A stretch of 64,000 nucleotides of DNA from Burkholderiales bacterium (GCA_035652275.1 DASREB010000117.1:5408-69407), one strand, 5' to 3'. Numbered from the stretch's first letter, positions 38,014 to 48,502 are shown. The notes: generated by a model from the sequence alone, not told the origin. Program-made: numbers and translations.

Positions 38014-39297
38014 ATGGAGGCCGTCCTCCTCGCCGTGCTGATTCTGCTGAATGGCGTCTTCGCCATGTCGGAAATATCAGTTGTGTCGGCACGCAACGGG
38101 CTCCTGCGCGCCGACGCTGCCCGCGGACGCGGTGCCGCGGCGGCGCTGCAGCTCAAGGAGGATCCGACCGCTTTTCTCTCGACGGTGCAGATTGGCATCA
38201 CCTGTATCGGCATCCTGAACGGAATCGTCGGCGAGGCGGCGCTCGCGCCGCCACTCGGCCGCTGGCTCCAAGAGCTCGGTATCGGCAGCGTAGCGGCCGA
38301 ACGCATCGCCACCGGCTTGGTCGTCGTTGCCGTCACCTACGCGACCATCGTATTCGGCGAGCTGGTGCCCAAGCGCCTGGGGCAGATGCATGCGGAGACG
38401 GTGGCGCGCCGCGTGGCCCGGCCGATGCAGTGGCTCGCCGCGCTCGCTCGGCCTTTCGTGCGGCTGCTCACCGCCTCAACCCGGCTTGCGCTCGCGGCGC
38501 TCGGCGCGCGCGACGAGCGCATGCGCTCGGTCAGCGAGGAGGACATCCACGCGCTGCTCGCCGAAGGCTCGGAGGCCGGGGTGATCGAGGCGCACGAACG
38601 TGACATGGTGCGTAACGTCTTTCGCCTCGATGACCGGCCGATCGGCTCGCTCATGGTGCCGCGCCGCGACGTCGTGTTTCTCGATCCGCTCCTGCCGTGG
38701 GAGGAGAACGCGCGGCGCATTGAGACTGCGGCGCATACTCGCTACCCGGTGGCACGCCGCAGCTTGCGAGACATCGCAGGCGTGGTGAGTGCGCGTCAGA
38801 TCCTCATCCGAGCAGTGCGCGGCGAGCGCCCGGATCTCGAAAGCGACGTGCAAGCGCCGATCTACGTGCCGGAAAGCCTCACCGGGTTGGAGCTGCTGCA
38901 GAATTTCCGCGCCTCGAGCATGCAGCTCGCGTTCGTCGTCGATGAGTACGGGGAAGTGCTCGGCATCATCACCCTGCGCGATCTCCTCGAAGCGATCATC
39001 GGTGACCTTGCGCCGCAAGAGCCCGAGGATCGCTGGGCTGTGGCGCGGGGCGACGGATCTTGGCTGCTCGACGGACTGATTCCAGTCCCCGAGCTGAAGG
39101 ACGTGCTGGGTCTAGGGTTTGTGCCGGAGGAAGGTCGCTATCACACGCTGAGCGGCATGCTGATGGTCCTCCTCGGCAAGCTGCCCCAAACCGCCGACCG
39201 CGTGGAGTGGCAAGGCTGGAGCTTCGAAGTCGTCGATATGGACGGCAAGCGGATGGATAAAGTACTTGCTACTCCCAACCCGAAAACCTTCTCTTGA
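38014..39297 (+). CDS. CNNM/TlyC-type hemolysin family protein (DUF21-CBS-CorC_HlyC)
   Basis: The DUF21 TM region reads LILLNGVFAMSEISVVSAR...STVQIGITCIGILNG. This is followed by a CBS pair and then a C-terminal CorC_HlyC-like segment. Confidence 0.85.
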   Translation: MEAVLLAVLILLNGVFAMSEISVVSARNGLLRADAARGRGAAAALQLKEDPTAFLSTVQIGITCIGILNGIVGEAALAPPLGRWLQELGIGSVAAERIATGLVVVAVTYATIVFGELVPKRLGQMHAETVARRVARPMQWLAALARPFVRLLTASTRLALAALGARDERMRSVSEEDIHALLAEGSEAGVIEAHERDMVRNVFRLDDRPIGSLMVPRRDVVFLDPLLPWEENARRIETAAHTRYPVARRSLRDIAGVVSARQILIRAVRGERPDLESDVQAPIYVPESLTGLELLQNFRASSMQLAFVVDEYGEVLGIITLRDLLEAIIGDLAPQEPEDRWAVARGDGSWLLDGLIPVPELKDVLGLGFVPEEGRYHTLSGMLMVLLGKLPQTADRVEWQGWSFEVVDMDGKRMDKVLATPNPKTFS

Positions 39298-39309
39298 ATA
39301 AGTACGGCG

Positions 39310-39708
39310 CTAACGAGAGCGCGTCGTTCTTCTCTTCATGCTCCGCCGCACGGCGCGCTCGGTGCGGCCGATCGCGCCATCCATCGCTGCCCGCAGCGAA
39401 GCCTGCTGCTCTTCTACTACGACGCTCGGCAGGCCGGTGAGCACGACCTTGATCGCGCAGCGCTTGTCGATGCCGCCGCGCGGGCCGTTCACATCGCGGA
39501 TGCGCACGCTCACGCGCTCGACCGCGCGCGCAAACTTGCCGAGCTTCGCACCGAGCTTCCGGCGCAGATAATCGCGGTCCGCGTCATCGACGCGCACGCT
39601 GTCGGCGCGAATATACGCGGGAATCTGCGCGGCATCGTAACGATTGCGCGCGCGCTTGGCCGGTCGCGGGAGGCGGCCGGCGAGCGGCGCACGTCGGTTA
39701 CGCGGCAT
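39310..39708 (-). CDS. HPF/RaiA-family ribosome-associated protein (short form with an Arg-rich N-terminal extension)
   Basis: The translation D.DR.YLRRKLGAKLGKFARAVERVSVRIRDVNGPRGGIDKRCAIKVVLTGLPSVVVEEQQASLRAAMDGAIGRTERAVRR matches the GP(K/R)GG.DK.C signature of this small family as I remember it. Confidence 0.55.
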   Translation of the reverse strand: MPRNRRAPLAGRLPRPAKRARNRYDAAQIPAYIRADSVRVDDADRDYLRRKLGAKLGKFARAVERVSVRIRDVNGPRGGIDKRCAIKVVLTGLPSVVVEEQQASLRAAMDGAIGRTERAVRRSMKRRTTRSR

Positions 39709-39711
39709 CGG

Positions 39712-42123
39712 TCAGCGTCTCCCCGAGCCTATCTCGCGAGCCTCGAGCGCGTGGTCGAGCGGCGCGTCCTGCCCCGACCAGATCTTCTTCTGCGTCCAGG
39801 GCTTCGCTGGCGCGAGCCAGAACGGATCGTCGGGCGGCAGGCCGAGGTGCACGAGGCCGGTTAGGCATACGTACAGCGATCCGGTCGCGTTGTAGGTTTC
39901 TTCCAGCCCCGGCTGGTAGCCCACCGCGCCCAGACGCAGCCATCCGTCTTTGTCGAAAGTCCCGGGCGCGTCGATCTGGTTGTGCACCACCGCGGTAAGC
40001 GCTGCACGCACCGCACCCGGGTCGAGCGAGTCCGGCAGGTCCTTGCTGAGCGCCATGTACGCGAGGTGATAGAAGGCGGCGAAGCGATAGGCCGAAGAGC
40101 GTCCCATCACGGGGAACGTGCCCTCCGGCGAGATGAGGCGCGCGAGCACCTCGGCATAGCGTTGCGCGCGCTCGCGCGCAACGGTGAGCAGCTTCGCGAT
40201 CGGGTGGTCTTTCGCCTGCGCCACCTTGAGCGATTGCATCAGCATCGGGTGGATCACATAGCTGTTGTAGTAGTCCCAGTGGAAGCGCGGGCCGTCGCCG
40301 TAAGTGCCGTCGCCGAGGTACCAGCCGTCCATCGTCTTCACGCCGAGCACCAGGCGATCGGGCTCCTTCAGCTCTCCCGCCTGCCACAGGAACGCCTCGA
40401 TCATCGCCGGGAAGAGATACCAGTTGTTGTTGTGGTCGAAGGGAATCGCGAGCGAAGTGCGCAGCGCGCTAACCACGTTCCTCTTTTGCGTGTCCGTGAG
40501 CGGCTCCCAGAGCTGCTTCGGCGCGCTCATCAGAGCGGCCGCGAGATAGGCCGATTCGACGAGCGGCTGATCGGGCACCTGGCCGAAATTGAGATAGTCG
40601 GGCGAGGCAGGATCGGTGCCGTTGATGAGCGACTGGCGCGCAAGGCGGATGAAACGGCCGCGCACCTTGCCCTCGGCCGTCTCATCCGGGCCGAGCTCGA
40701 GCCATGGCGCGATGCCGGCGAGCGTGCGCGCGAAGGCCTCGTAATGCGTCCACGCCGAGCGATCTTTTTCCCATTCGCGGATCGGCATGCGCTTCTTGAG
40801 CTCGCCTTTGCTCATCGCCTCGAGCACGGGCGCCGCGATCCGCGTCAACACGCGGACGAGGTACGCACGGTCAGCGGCACCGCTCGGCAGCGCCGAGGCG
40901 CCGGCAGAGGCGCTGCCGCTCCTCGGCGGGCGTGAAAGATCGAGCGCCGAGGTGACAAGCTCGCCCGCCGCGGCGACGAGCTTGCGCGGCTCGGGATTCG
41001 CCGCCGCTTCGAGCGCGCGCAGGATTTCCGCGCCCGCCATCAGCACGGCCCCGGTTCCGTAGGCCACGCGCGAGGCGGGATCGAACGGCTCGGGCGCCGC
41101 GGCCACCGGCTGCACGAAAGTCACCGCACCGTCCGGCGTGACCTTCGACTCGACGGCTCGCCAGCCGCGCTCCACCGCCCGCCAGTACTTCGCGGGGTCG
41201 AGGATTCCCTCGCGCACGCCCCACGCGAGACCGAGGACGAAGAGCGCGCTGCCGCTCGTCTCGGTAGTGGGAACCTGCTTTGGATCCTTCAGGCTCGGAT
41301 ACCAGAAGCCGTCGGGTTGCTGAGCCTCCAGCACCGCGGGACTCATGCGCCGGAAGACATCGACGTAGAAGTCGCGGTTCGGCCAGTTCTTGGGCAGCGT
41401 ATCGAGCACGTAGGTGAGGCCGGCATAGACCCACGCGTTGCCGCGGCTCCAGAACACCTTCTTGCCCTCGGGCGTGCGCTTGCCGATGTAGCGCGCATCC
41501 CGGTAGAAGAGATTCTCGTCCTTGTCGAACAAGGCCTGGTAGGTCGCCTCGAACTCCGAGTCTGCCCATTTCATGTAGCGCTCGTCGCCCGTCGCCTTCG
41601 TGAGAAGCGCAAGGGTCGGCGGCGCCATGTAGAGCGCATCGGACCAGGTCCAGCGGTCGGTGCGCTCGACGCCGGGCGTCTTCGGATTCTCGGTGAAGGA
41701 AAGCTTCTCCGAGATCGGGTTCTTCAGAATCTGGTCGAACCGCTCCCTCCAGGGCTGCAGCCTCTCCGGCTCGCGCGGATCCATGAGGTAGATGCGCAGG
41801 AACGGATGGCCGGCGGCGTGGTCGTCGGCCAGGTACCTGTTCGGCCCGGGTCGCCAGTCAACCAGCCGGCCCGCGCGCATCACCGCGGCGAGATACTTCG
41901 GATCGCCGGTGACGAGGCTCGCGTCGATGAGGCCGTCGTAGAGCGGCGCCATCGCCCAGTGGAGCGGACCGAACGGCTCCGGATGCTCGAGCGTCCAGTC
42001 GCCGACGCGGCGAATCATCGCTTCGATCGCCTGCGAATCGAGCGGCTCCTTGTCCTGCGCTGGCTGCGCGAACGCGGGCCCGACCATCAGGCTCAGTGCG
42101 GCGGCTACCCATTTACTCGTCAT
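39712..42123 (-). CDS. Secreted GH105/GH88-type unsaturated glycuronyl hydrolase fused to a C-terminal DUF2264-like domain (803 aa)
   Basis: The signal peptide is MTSKWVAAALSLMVGPAFA. The N-terminal half (WTWSDALYMAPP.L..L....GD.RY...FWSRGNAWVYAGL...DGFWY.SL......ETSGSALF) is YteR/GH105-like. The C-terminal half (THYEAFARTLAGIAPWL...NNNWYLFPAMIEAFL...GDGTYGDGPRFHWDYYNSYVIHPML) resembles DUF2264. Confidence 0.7.
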   Translation of the reverse strand: MTSKWVAAALSLMVGPAFAQPAQDKEPLDSQAIEAMIRRVGDWTLEHPEPFGPLHWAMAPLYDGLIDASLVTGDPKYLAAVMRAGRLVDWRPGPNRYLADDHAAGHPFLRIYLMDPREPERLQPWRERFDQILKNPISEKLSFTENPKTPGVERTDRWTWSDALYMAPPTLALLTKATGDERYMKWADSEFEATYQALFDKDENLFYRDARYIGKRTPEGKKVFWSRGNAWVYAGLTYVLDTLPKNWPNRDFYVDVFRRMSPAVLEAQQPDGFWYPSLKDPKQVPTTETSGSALFVLGLAWGVREGILDPAKYWRAVERGWRAVESKVTPDGAVTFVQPVAAAPEPFDPASRVAYGTGAVLMAGAEILRALEAAANPEPRKLVAAAGELVTSALDLSRPPRSGSASAGASALPSGAADRAYLVRVLTRIAAPVLEAMSKGELKKRMPIREWEKDRSAWTHYEAFARTLAGIAPWLELGPDETAEGKVRGRFIRLARQSLINGTDPASPDYLNFGQVPDQPLVESAYLAAALMSAPKQLWEPLTDTQKRNVVSALRTSLAIPFDHNNNWYLFPAMIEAFLWQAGELKEPDRLVLGVKTMDGWYLGDGTYGDGPRFHWDYYNSYVIHPMLMQSLKVAQAKDHPIAKLLTVARERAQRYAEVLARLISPEGTFPVMGRSSAYRFAAFYHLAYMALSKDLPDSLDPGAVRAALTAVVHNQIDAPGTFDKDGWLRLGAVGYQPGLEETYNATGSLYVCLTGLVHLGLPPDDPFWLAPAKPWTQKKIWSGQDAPLDHALEAREIGSGRR

Positions 42124-42133
42124 CGCTTCTCCT

Positions 42134-44824
42134 TCATTGCCGGCGAATGGAGATCGTCGACACCACCGCCTCGCCGCGCGAGGGAAGAAAATCGAGTTGC
42201 AGCCGCCCGTTCGTCACGTCGACCGAAAAGCGTCGAGTCACTGCTCGCTCATAGTCCCCGTTCGCCGCCGCCATAACATCGAATCCCTGGAGCTCCGGCT
42301 TACCGTTCGCGAGCACGTTGAAGAGCCGCGTTCCAGGCGCGCTCTTCGTATCCGGCTCGACGAAGCCGAGCGTGACCTGGTAGCGCCCGTTTTCGAGCGG
42401 AATGGCGTAGGCGAACTTGCCGACCCGGTAGTGCTGGTAGAGGAGCACATCTTCTGTGCCCGCAAATCGCGTGGCGCCGGCCGCCGCGAGACTCTCAGGG
42501 CCGATCTGCGTCTCCTTTTCCCGCTCCAGCTTTTTGCCTTCGCCGCCGAGGAAGAAGTTGTCGGAACCGAAGCGCCGGCCGTCCGCCGCGATGTAGCCGG
42601 TCGCCAATCGGCCGGCGGCGATGTGAACGCCGTCGGTATCGAATTGCCAGCGCACCGTGTCCCGGACGGTCTTGGCGCCATGGCGACCCTCGGCCGTCAC
42701 GGTGTTCTCACCACGGCGAAGCGGCACCTCTTTGAACACGCACGTCGCCATCGGGCATTCGAGCGCCTTCTTCGCCGCGAAGCTCTTCCCGTTCACCGAA
42801 AGGCGCACCACCTCGGCATTGCTGTAGACCTTGACGTTGGTGAGCGCATAGGCGCGGTCGCTGTAGCGGCGGCTCGTGATGTACGTGACCGGCTCGGGGC
42901 TCCAGTTCGCCTTGTAGAAGAAGAACGCGTCCTTGCGCGTCTTGCGATCGAAGGTGACGAGCCCCTTCGTGTTCACGCCAAGCACGTCGCCTTCGTTGCG
43001 GTGGGCCGAACCGAAGTCGAACATATTCCAGACGAAAGTGCCCCAAAGGTAGGGCTTGCCGGAGATCACGCGGTAGTTCTCCTCGTGCGCCCAGCTTGCG
43101 TACTCCTCTGGTTGGAACGAGGTTTGTCCCTTCGGTGCGCTACGCACGTCCGGCGGCCCGCCGAGCGGGTTGTCGCTGTGATGGGTGAGCGCCGCACCGG
43201 CACCGTACTCCGAGATGCCGAGCGGCTGCCGGTAGGCGAGCTCGTGCAGCGAGTCGAGGAGCGGAGAGAATTTCTCGAACGCCTCGGTGTACCACGCAAA
43301 GTAGCGGTTAGTCGCGAAAAGATCGGTAATGCCTTCGGTGGCAAACACGCCTTCGCGCTCGACCGAGTGGCCGAACTCGGCATACGCGGTCGGCCGGCTC
43401 GGGTCCTCCTGTTTCGCGCGTTGATGAAGCTCGCGCAGCACCGGGCGCACGTTGTCGTAGGGCTGCTCGCAATTGTTCTCGCGCGCGGTGGTTTCATTGC
43501 CCACCGACCAGAGCGCGACCGCGGCATGGTTGTACTGCTGGTGGATCAGCTCCTGGAGCTGCTGCTTCGCGTTCTCCATGAACTGCGCGCTCGGCTGGTG
43601 TCTGGCGCACGACTCGACCGTGGTTCCAAGTCCAAGCGCGGTCTCCGCCCAAGCGACGAAGCCGAGCTCGCTCGCTTTCTCAAGCGCGTGCGCTGGAAAT
43701 GGATAGTGGCCGAGGCGAACCGCGTTCGCGCCGATTTCCTTAACCAGCGCCATCGATGTATCGATCTCCCTGTCCGTGACGGCCCAGGCCTTGCCGAGGA
43801 AGTCCTGGTGCATGGCCACGCCGCGCAGGCGCACGTGCTTGCCGTTGAGGAACAAGCCGTCGTTCGGATCGAAGCGCATCTCGCGGATGCCGAAGCTCTG
43901 CACCACCTTGTCGAGCGGCTTGCCCTCGCGCAGCACTTCGACCACCAGCTTGTACTGGTACGGATCCTCGATCCCCTGCCAGAGATGCGCGTTGCGCACG
44001 TGCAGCGTCTGCGACACTTCCTCCCGCGCACCGGCTTGCAACGTTAGAGGCAGCTCGGCCGACTCGGCCCGTTTGCCGTCGCGCTCGAGCAGGGATGTGC
44101 GCACGACATAGCGGCCGGCGTCGCGCGCGTCGCTCTTCAGCTTCGAGCGCACCTGCACGACCGCAGTCCCCCCAGCGATTGACGTGGTTCTCGCGTAGAC
44201 GCCGGGGCCGCCCAGGTCGCTGAGGTCGATGTGCACCGGAGCACGCGTGGAAATCAGTGCGACGTGGCGGTACAGGCCGCCGGAAACGTTGAAGTCGCCG
44301 CCAAGCGGCGCAATGGCGGTCAGGTCATCCTCAGCCTTCGGCTCAGTGTTGTCGACCCTCACGAGGAGCAGATTGCGGCCGTCCTTTTTCAGACGATCGG
44401 TGACATCGAACCGGAACGTCGTGAACCCGCCCTTGTGCTGACCAAGCTTTTCGCCGTTGAGCCACACGTCGGCCACAAGGCTCGCTGCGCCGAACTCGAG
44501 CCAGTGCCGCGCGCCCGCCTTCGGCGAGTCGAACTCGAGGCGGTACCAGCCGACACCCCGCTTATAGTTACCCGCCTTCAGGCTCGCCGCGTCCTCGGCG
44601 TTCCAGGTATGCGGCAGGCGCACCGCCTTCCAGTCGCTACCGCTTGCTCGCAGCGCCCCCTCCGCGGACAGAGTGTCGTCCTGTACGAAGCGCCAACCGT
44701 CGTCGAGACTGCGAACGCTCCGAACCCCGCCCGTGTCGGGCGCCACGGCACCGAGAGCGGCGCCTTCGCAGAAAAACATCGCGGCGGCGATGAGCATCGC
44801 GCGGGCGGTCGTTGACAGCGTCAT
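42134..44824 (-). CDS. Secreted GH2 glycosidase with a C-terminal malectin-like carbohydrate-binding domain (paralog 1)
   Basis: A signal peptide is present. Conserved blocks include LDDGWRF......W..V.LPHTWNAED......Y.RGVGWYR.....WLEFGAA...ADVWLNG...G.H.GG...FRFDVT. The TIM-barrel part reads NAVRLGHYP...WSVGNE. The C-terminal malectin-type segment reads G.RFGSDNFF.GG...YQVTLGF.EP. Confidence 0.8.
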   Translation of the reverse strand: MTLSTTARAMLIAAAMFFCEGAALGAVAPDTGGVRSVRSLDDGWRFVQDDTLSAEGALRASGSDWKAVRLPHTWNAEDAASLKAGNYKRGVGWYRLEFDSPKAGARHWLEFGAASLVADVWLNGEKLGQHKGGFTTFRFDVTDRLKKDGRNLLLVRVDNTEPKAEDDLTAIAPLGGDFNVSGGLYRHVALISTRAPVHIDLSDLGGPGVYARTTSIAGGTAVVQVRSKLKSDARDAGRYVVRTSLLERDGKRAESAELPLTLQAGAREEVSQTLHVRNAHLWQGIEDPYQYKLVVEVLREGKPLDKVVQSFGIREMRFDPNDGLFLNGKHVRLRGVAMHQDFLGKAWAVTDREIDTSMALVKEIGANAVRLGHYPFPAHALEKASELGFVAWAETALGLGTTVESCARHQPSAQFMENAKQQLQELIHQQYNHAAVALWSVGNETTARENNCEQPYDNVRPVLRELHQRAKQEDPSRPTAYAEFGHSVEREGVFATEGITDLFATNRYFAWYTEAFEKFSPLLDSLHELAYRQPLGISEYGAGAALTHHSDNPLGGPPDVRSAPKGQTSFQPEEYASWAHEENYRVISGKPYLWGTFVWNMFDFGSAHRNEGDVLGVNTKGLVTFDRKTRKDAFFFYKANWSPEPVTYITSRRYSDRAYALTNVKVYSNAEVVRLSVNGKSFAAKKALECPMATCVFKEVPLRRGENTVTAEGRHGAKTVRDTVRWQFDTDGVHIAAGRLATGYIAADGRRFGSDNFFLGGEGKKLEREKETQIGPESLAAAGATRFAGTEDVLLYQHYRVGKFAYAIPLENGRYQVTLGFVEPDTKSAPGTRLFNVLANGKPELQGFDVMAAANGDYERAVTRRFSVDVTNGRLQLDFLPSRGEAVVSTISIRRQ

Positions 44825-44877
44825 GGGCCCTCCTCAGAAGCATCTGGCAATGGCAGCAAGAGCATGGTGTGCGTGAC

Positions 44878-46884
44878 TCAGAGGGTGTCGAGCGGCGCGC
44901 TCTTGAGCGCCGGCGCACGGGGCAGGCCGGTGACTTCGAGGATGTCGTCCTCACCCAGCGTCTCGCGCGCGAGCAGCGCCTGCACCAGCGCGTCGAGCTG
45001 CTCGCGGTGCTCGCGCAGGAGCCGCAGCGCCTCCTCGTGGCAGCCGTGGATGATGCGCTGCACTTCCGCGTCGACCAGGCGCGCCGTCTCCTCGCTGTAG
45101 GGCTTCTCTCCGGCATAGCCTGGCGGGGCGCGCAGATAGGGGTTTTCGCGCGGCGCGAGCTGCACCATGCCGAGCTTGTCGCTCATGCCCCAGCGCGTCA
45201 CCATGTTGCGCGCGAGGTTGGTCGCCTGCTCGATGTCGCTCTCCGCGCCCGTCGTGCGCGTGCCGTAAACCACTTCCTCGGCGGCGCGACCGCCGAGCAT
45301 GCCGACGATGCGCGCGCGCAGGTACGCTTCCGGATAGTTGTAACGCTCGGCCGCGGGACGCTGATAGGTTACGCCGAGCGTCTGCCCGCGCGGCACGATC
45401 GACACGCGATGCACAGGGTCGGCGCCGGGCACGAGAAGCCCGAGGATGGCGTGGCCGCTCTCATGGTAAGCGATGCGCTCGCGGTCCTCGCGTGACAGAA
45501 GGAGCGGCCGCTCGGGCCCGAGCACGATCTTCTCCAGCGAATCGAGGAAGTCCTTCTGCCGCACGCTGGTCTCATCCCGGCGCGCGGCGAGGAGCGCCGC
45601 CTCGTTCGCCAGATTCTTCAGGTCCGCGCCCGAGAACCCTGGGGTCGCAGCGGCGAGCTCGGCGAGGCTCACTCTTTCGTCGAGCGGCACCTTGCGGGTA
45701 TGCACCTTGAGGATTGCCTCGCGCCCCGCCTTGTCGGGCAGGTTCACCACCACGCGCCGGTCGAAGCGCCCGGGACGCAGCAGCGCGCGGTCGAGCACGT
45801 CGGGCTGGTTCGTCGCCGCGAGCACGATGATGCCCTCGCGGCCGGTGAAACCGTCCATCTCGGTGAGGATCTGCTGCAGGGTCTGCTCCTGCTCGCTTGC
45901 GCCGCCGATCGCGAGCAGGCCGCGCGCACGCCCGATGGCGTCGATCTCGTCGATGAAGATGATTGCCGGAGCATGCTCGCGCGCCTGCTTGAACAGGTCC
46001 CGCACGCGCGCCGCACCCACGCCGACGATCATCTCTACGAACTCCGCTGCGCTCATGGAGAAGAACGGCACCCCGGCCTCTCCCGCCACCGCCTTTGCAA
46101 GCAGTGTCTTGCCGGTGCCAGGGGCGCCGACGAGCAGCACGCCTTTGGGCGCCGTGCCGCCCAGGCGCGTGTACTTTTCCGGCGCCTTCAGGAAGTCCAC
46201 GATCTCGACGAGCTCGTTCTCCGCTTCGTCGATTCCGGCCACGTCCTCGAAAGTGACCTTGGTGTCGGAAGTCTCGTCGTAGCGGCGAGCCTTGCTGCGG
46301 CCGATGCCCATCAGCCCGCCGCTCATGCCTTGCATTCCCCCACCTTGCATGCGTCGCCACAACCAGACGTAGAACGCGATGATGAGGATCGCCGGACCGA
46401 AACCAATAAGCAGCGTCGACCAGGAATTGCCCTCTCGGATCGGTACTGCGCTGATCTCGACTTGATGGTCGATGAGGAACTGCTCGAGGCCGGAGTCGAC
46501 AAACGCCGGGAGCTCCGTCGTGAACGTGTCTGAGGTGCGCGCCTCGACAGACGTGCGGCTCGCCTTGCCGGGCGGCGCCTTGCCTTCGCCCTGGGGAGGC
46601 CAAGTCACCGCTGACTTGAAGCGGCCCTCGATGGTATGTCCTTGGCTGTAGATCGCCGTGACGTTGCCTTGCGCGACCTCCTGCTTGAACACGGTATACG
46701 GAACGGTGATCGCCTCCCCGGCGGCTGGCAGGAACGATCTCATCAACAGGTAATTGACGATCAGCACGACGAGGAACACGAGCCACGCGCGGCGCGGGGG
46801 CAGTCTCGTCTGCCCGCCGGGCGAGGTCTGCTGCTGCGCCCGGCCCCGCTGCTCCGGCTGCTGGGATATTCGGTTCATCTCCAT
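44878..46884 (-). CDS. ftsH: ATP-dependent zinc metalloprotease FtsH (stand-alone paralog)
   Basis: Walker A is GAPGTGKTLLAKAVAGEAGVPFF and Walker B is IIFIDEIDA. An SRH segment is present, and the zinc site is HESGHAI. The gene is not in the usual ftsJ-ftsH-folP context. Confidence 0.9.
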   Translation of the reverse strand: MEMNRISQQPEQRGRAQQQTSPGGQTRLPPRRAWLVFLVVLIVNYLLMRSFLPAAGEAITVPYTVFKQEVAQGNVTAIYSQGHTIEGRFKSAVTWPPQGEGKAPPGKASRTSVEARTSDTFTTELPAFVDSGLEQFLIDHQVEISAVPIREGNSWSTLLIGFGPAILIIAFYVWLWRRMQGGGMQGMSGGLMGIGRSKARRYDETSDTKVTFEDVAGIDEAENELVEIVDFLKAPEKYTRLGGTAPKGVLLVGAPGTGKTLLAKAVAGEAGVPFFSMSAAEFVEMIVGVGAARVRDLFKQAREHAPAIIFIDEIDAIGRARGLLAIGGASEQEQTLQQILTEMDGFTGREGIIVLAATNQPDVLDRALLRPGRFDRRVVVNLPDKAGREAILKVHTRKVPLDERVSLAELAAATPGFSGADLKNLANEAALLAARRDETSVRQKDFLDSLEKIVLGPERPLLLSREDRERIAYHESGHAILGLLVPGADPVHRVSIVPRGQTLGVTYQRPAAERYNYPEAYLRARIVGMLGGRAAEEVVYGTRTTGAESDIEQATNLARNMVTRWGMSDKLGMVQLAPRENPYLRAPPGYAGEKPYSEETARLVDAEVQRIIHGCHEEALRLLREHREQLDALVQALLARETLGEDDILEVTGLPRAPALKSAPLDTL

Positions 46885-47137
46885 GGGACATAACGCGCAA
46901 TGCCGCGCGCCTCATCGCTCATGGTTTTGCTTTCGAGGCAAGCCGCAGATCAGGTCGAAAACGCCGGGCCATCCGTTCACCCTCAGTCTCGAGGAAGGAA
47001 CGGTCGCAATAATCAGACCGATCGGAATGTCGCGTGCGTTAGGCAACACTGCATGCTTCTTGCGTCCTTGAGCTAACGTGCAGCTCATCCTCATCACCGG
47101 ACATTGCCGCACGCCCGAGGCGCCGCGCTGAGGAGAG

Positions 47138-48502
47138 ATGCGCTCCGCGCTCGTGCTGGCTGTCCTCGCCGCGATGCCGGCAGCCATGGCGCGTGCGCAA
47201 TCCTTGGAGCCGCCCCCGTTCACAAGCATGAGGTGGCAGGAGGATTATTCCTACCTCGCCGATCCGGCGAAGCGCAGCGGCGCGTGGTGGGAGCGGCTGA
47301 AGTACATCGAGTCCCCGCGTGCTGCCGGTACGTACCTAGCGCTCGGCGACGAATTTCGGCTGCGCTACCAGCAGATCTGGAACAACGACTTCGCGTCGAA
47401 GGGGCGCACCGAAGGCTATCCGATGCTGCGCTGGTCGCCGTACGTCGACCTGGTGGCAGGCCGGCTGCGCTTCTTCGGACAGATGTTGGCGTCATATTCC
47501 GGCCGCTCCGCCGAGACCCGCAGCCCTGCGACCGACCAGACCGGCCTTGAAGTTTCGCAGGCGTTCATAGACTGGCGAGTGCCGCACGATGAAGGGCGCC
47601 TTACGCTGCGCGGCGGGCGCGAGATAATCGAATACGGCTCCCAGCGCTTGATCGGCAGCGGTGGCGCCAACACCCGCCAGATGTTCGATGGCGGCCTCGC
47701 CCGCTGGGAATATGGCGCCTGGCGCGTCGACGTGTCCGCGCTGCGGCCGGTCACGTTGCGCTCGGAGTCGTTTTCGGACACCGCCGATCGGACGAAAAAG
47801 TTGTGGCTTCTGTACGCCACGCATGCGCCGCTCGACCTGTACTACGTCGGCTTCGAGAACGACATTGCGGTGTTCAACCAGGGCGCGGGCCGAGAGCGGC
47901 GCCACACTTTCGGCGCGCGGCTTTTCGGCGCGCGTGAGCGCTGGAGTGTCGACGCGGAGGCGAACGTGCAGACAGGCGAGCTCTCGGGCGCTGACATTCG
48001 GGCCGGCTCGGCGGACGCCGCGCTGCGCTACACCGCAAATGAATCGCGTTACCAGCCGTTTTTCGAGATGCGGGCGAACGTCATGAGCGGCGACCGCGAC
48101 CCGAATGACCGCCGGCTCGGCACCTTCAACGCCATGTTTCCGACCGCGCAGTATTTTGGCGACATCGCGCTCTTCGGGCCGGCGAACCTGGTAAACCTGC
48201 GACCGAACTTCGGCGCGCAACTCGATGCGCGCACAAAGCTCTCGGGAGCGCTCACACTCTATTGGCGCCAGAGTCTGGGCGATGGCATCTATGGCCCGGC
48301 CATTAATCTCATGCGTCCCGATGGCGGCAGTACCGCCCGCTATGTCGGCACGCAAGCGGACGTCGCGCTGGATTGGTCGTACAACCGTAACGTAAGCTTG
48401 CGTCTGGTCTACAACGTCTTCGTGCCGGGCCGTTACGTGAAGGAGACTGGACCGGGCGACACAATCCATTTCGTCCAGGCGACGGTAACGTTCAAGTACT
48501 AA
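47138..48502 (+). CDS. Alginate-export (AlgE-like) family outer-membrane beta-barrel porin
   Basis: GAGGAGAG RBS precedes the start. The signal peptide is MRSALVLAVLAAMPAAMARA. Conserved blocks include GDEFRLRYQ...LTLRGGREIIEYGSQRLIGSGGANTRQMFDGGLARWEYGAWRVDVSALRPV. The protein ends with an aromatic residue (..TFKY). Confidence 0.7.
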   Translation: MRSALVLAVLAAMPAAMARAQSLEPPPFTSMRWQEDYSYLADPAKRSGAWWERLKYIESPRAAGTYLALGDEFRLRYQQIWNNDFASKGRTEGYPMLRWSPYVDLVAGRLRFFGQMLASYSGRSAETRSPATDQTGLEVSQAFIDWRVPHDEGRLTLRGGREIIEYGSQRLIGSGGANTRQMFDGGLARWEYGAWRVDVSALRPVTLRSESFSDTADRTKKLWLLYATHAPLDLYYVGFENDIAVFNQGAGRERRHTFGARLFGARERWSVDAEANVQTGELSGADIRAGSADAALRYTANESRYQPFFEMRANVMSGDRDPNDRRLGTFNAMFPTAQYFGDIALFGPANLVNLRPNFGAQLDARTKLSGALTLYWRQSLGDGIYGPAINLMRPDGGSTARYVGTQADVALDWSYNRNVSLRLVYNVFVPGRYVKETGPGDTIHFVQATVTFKY

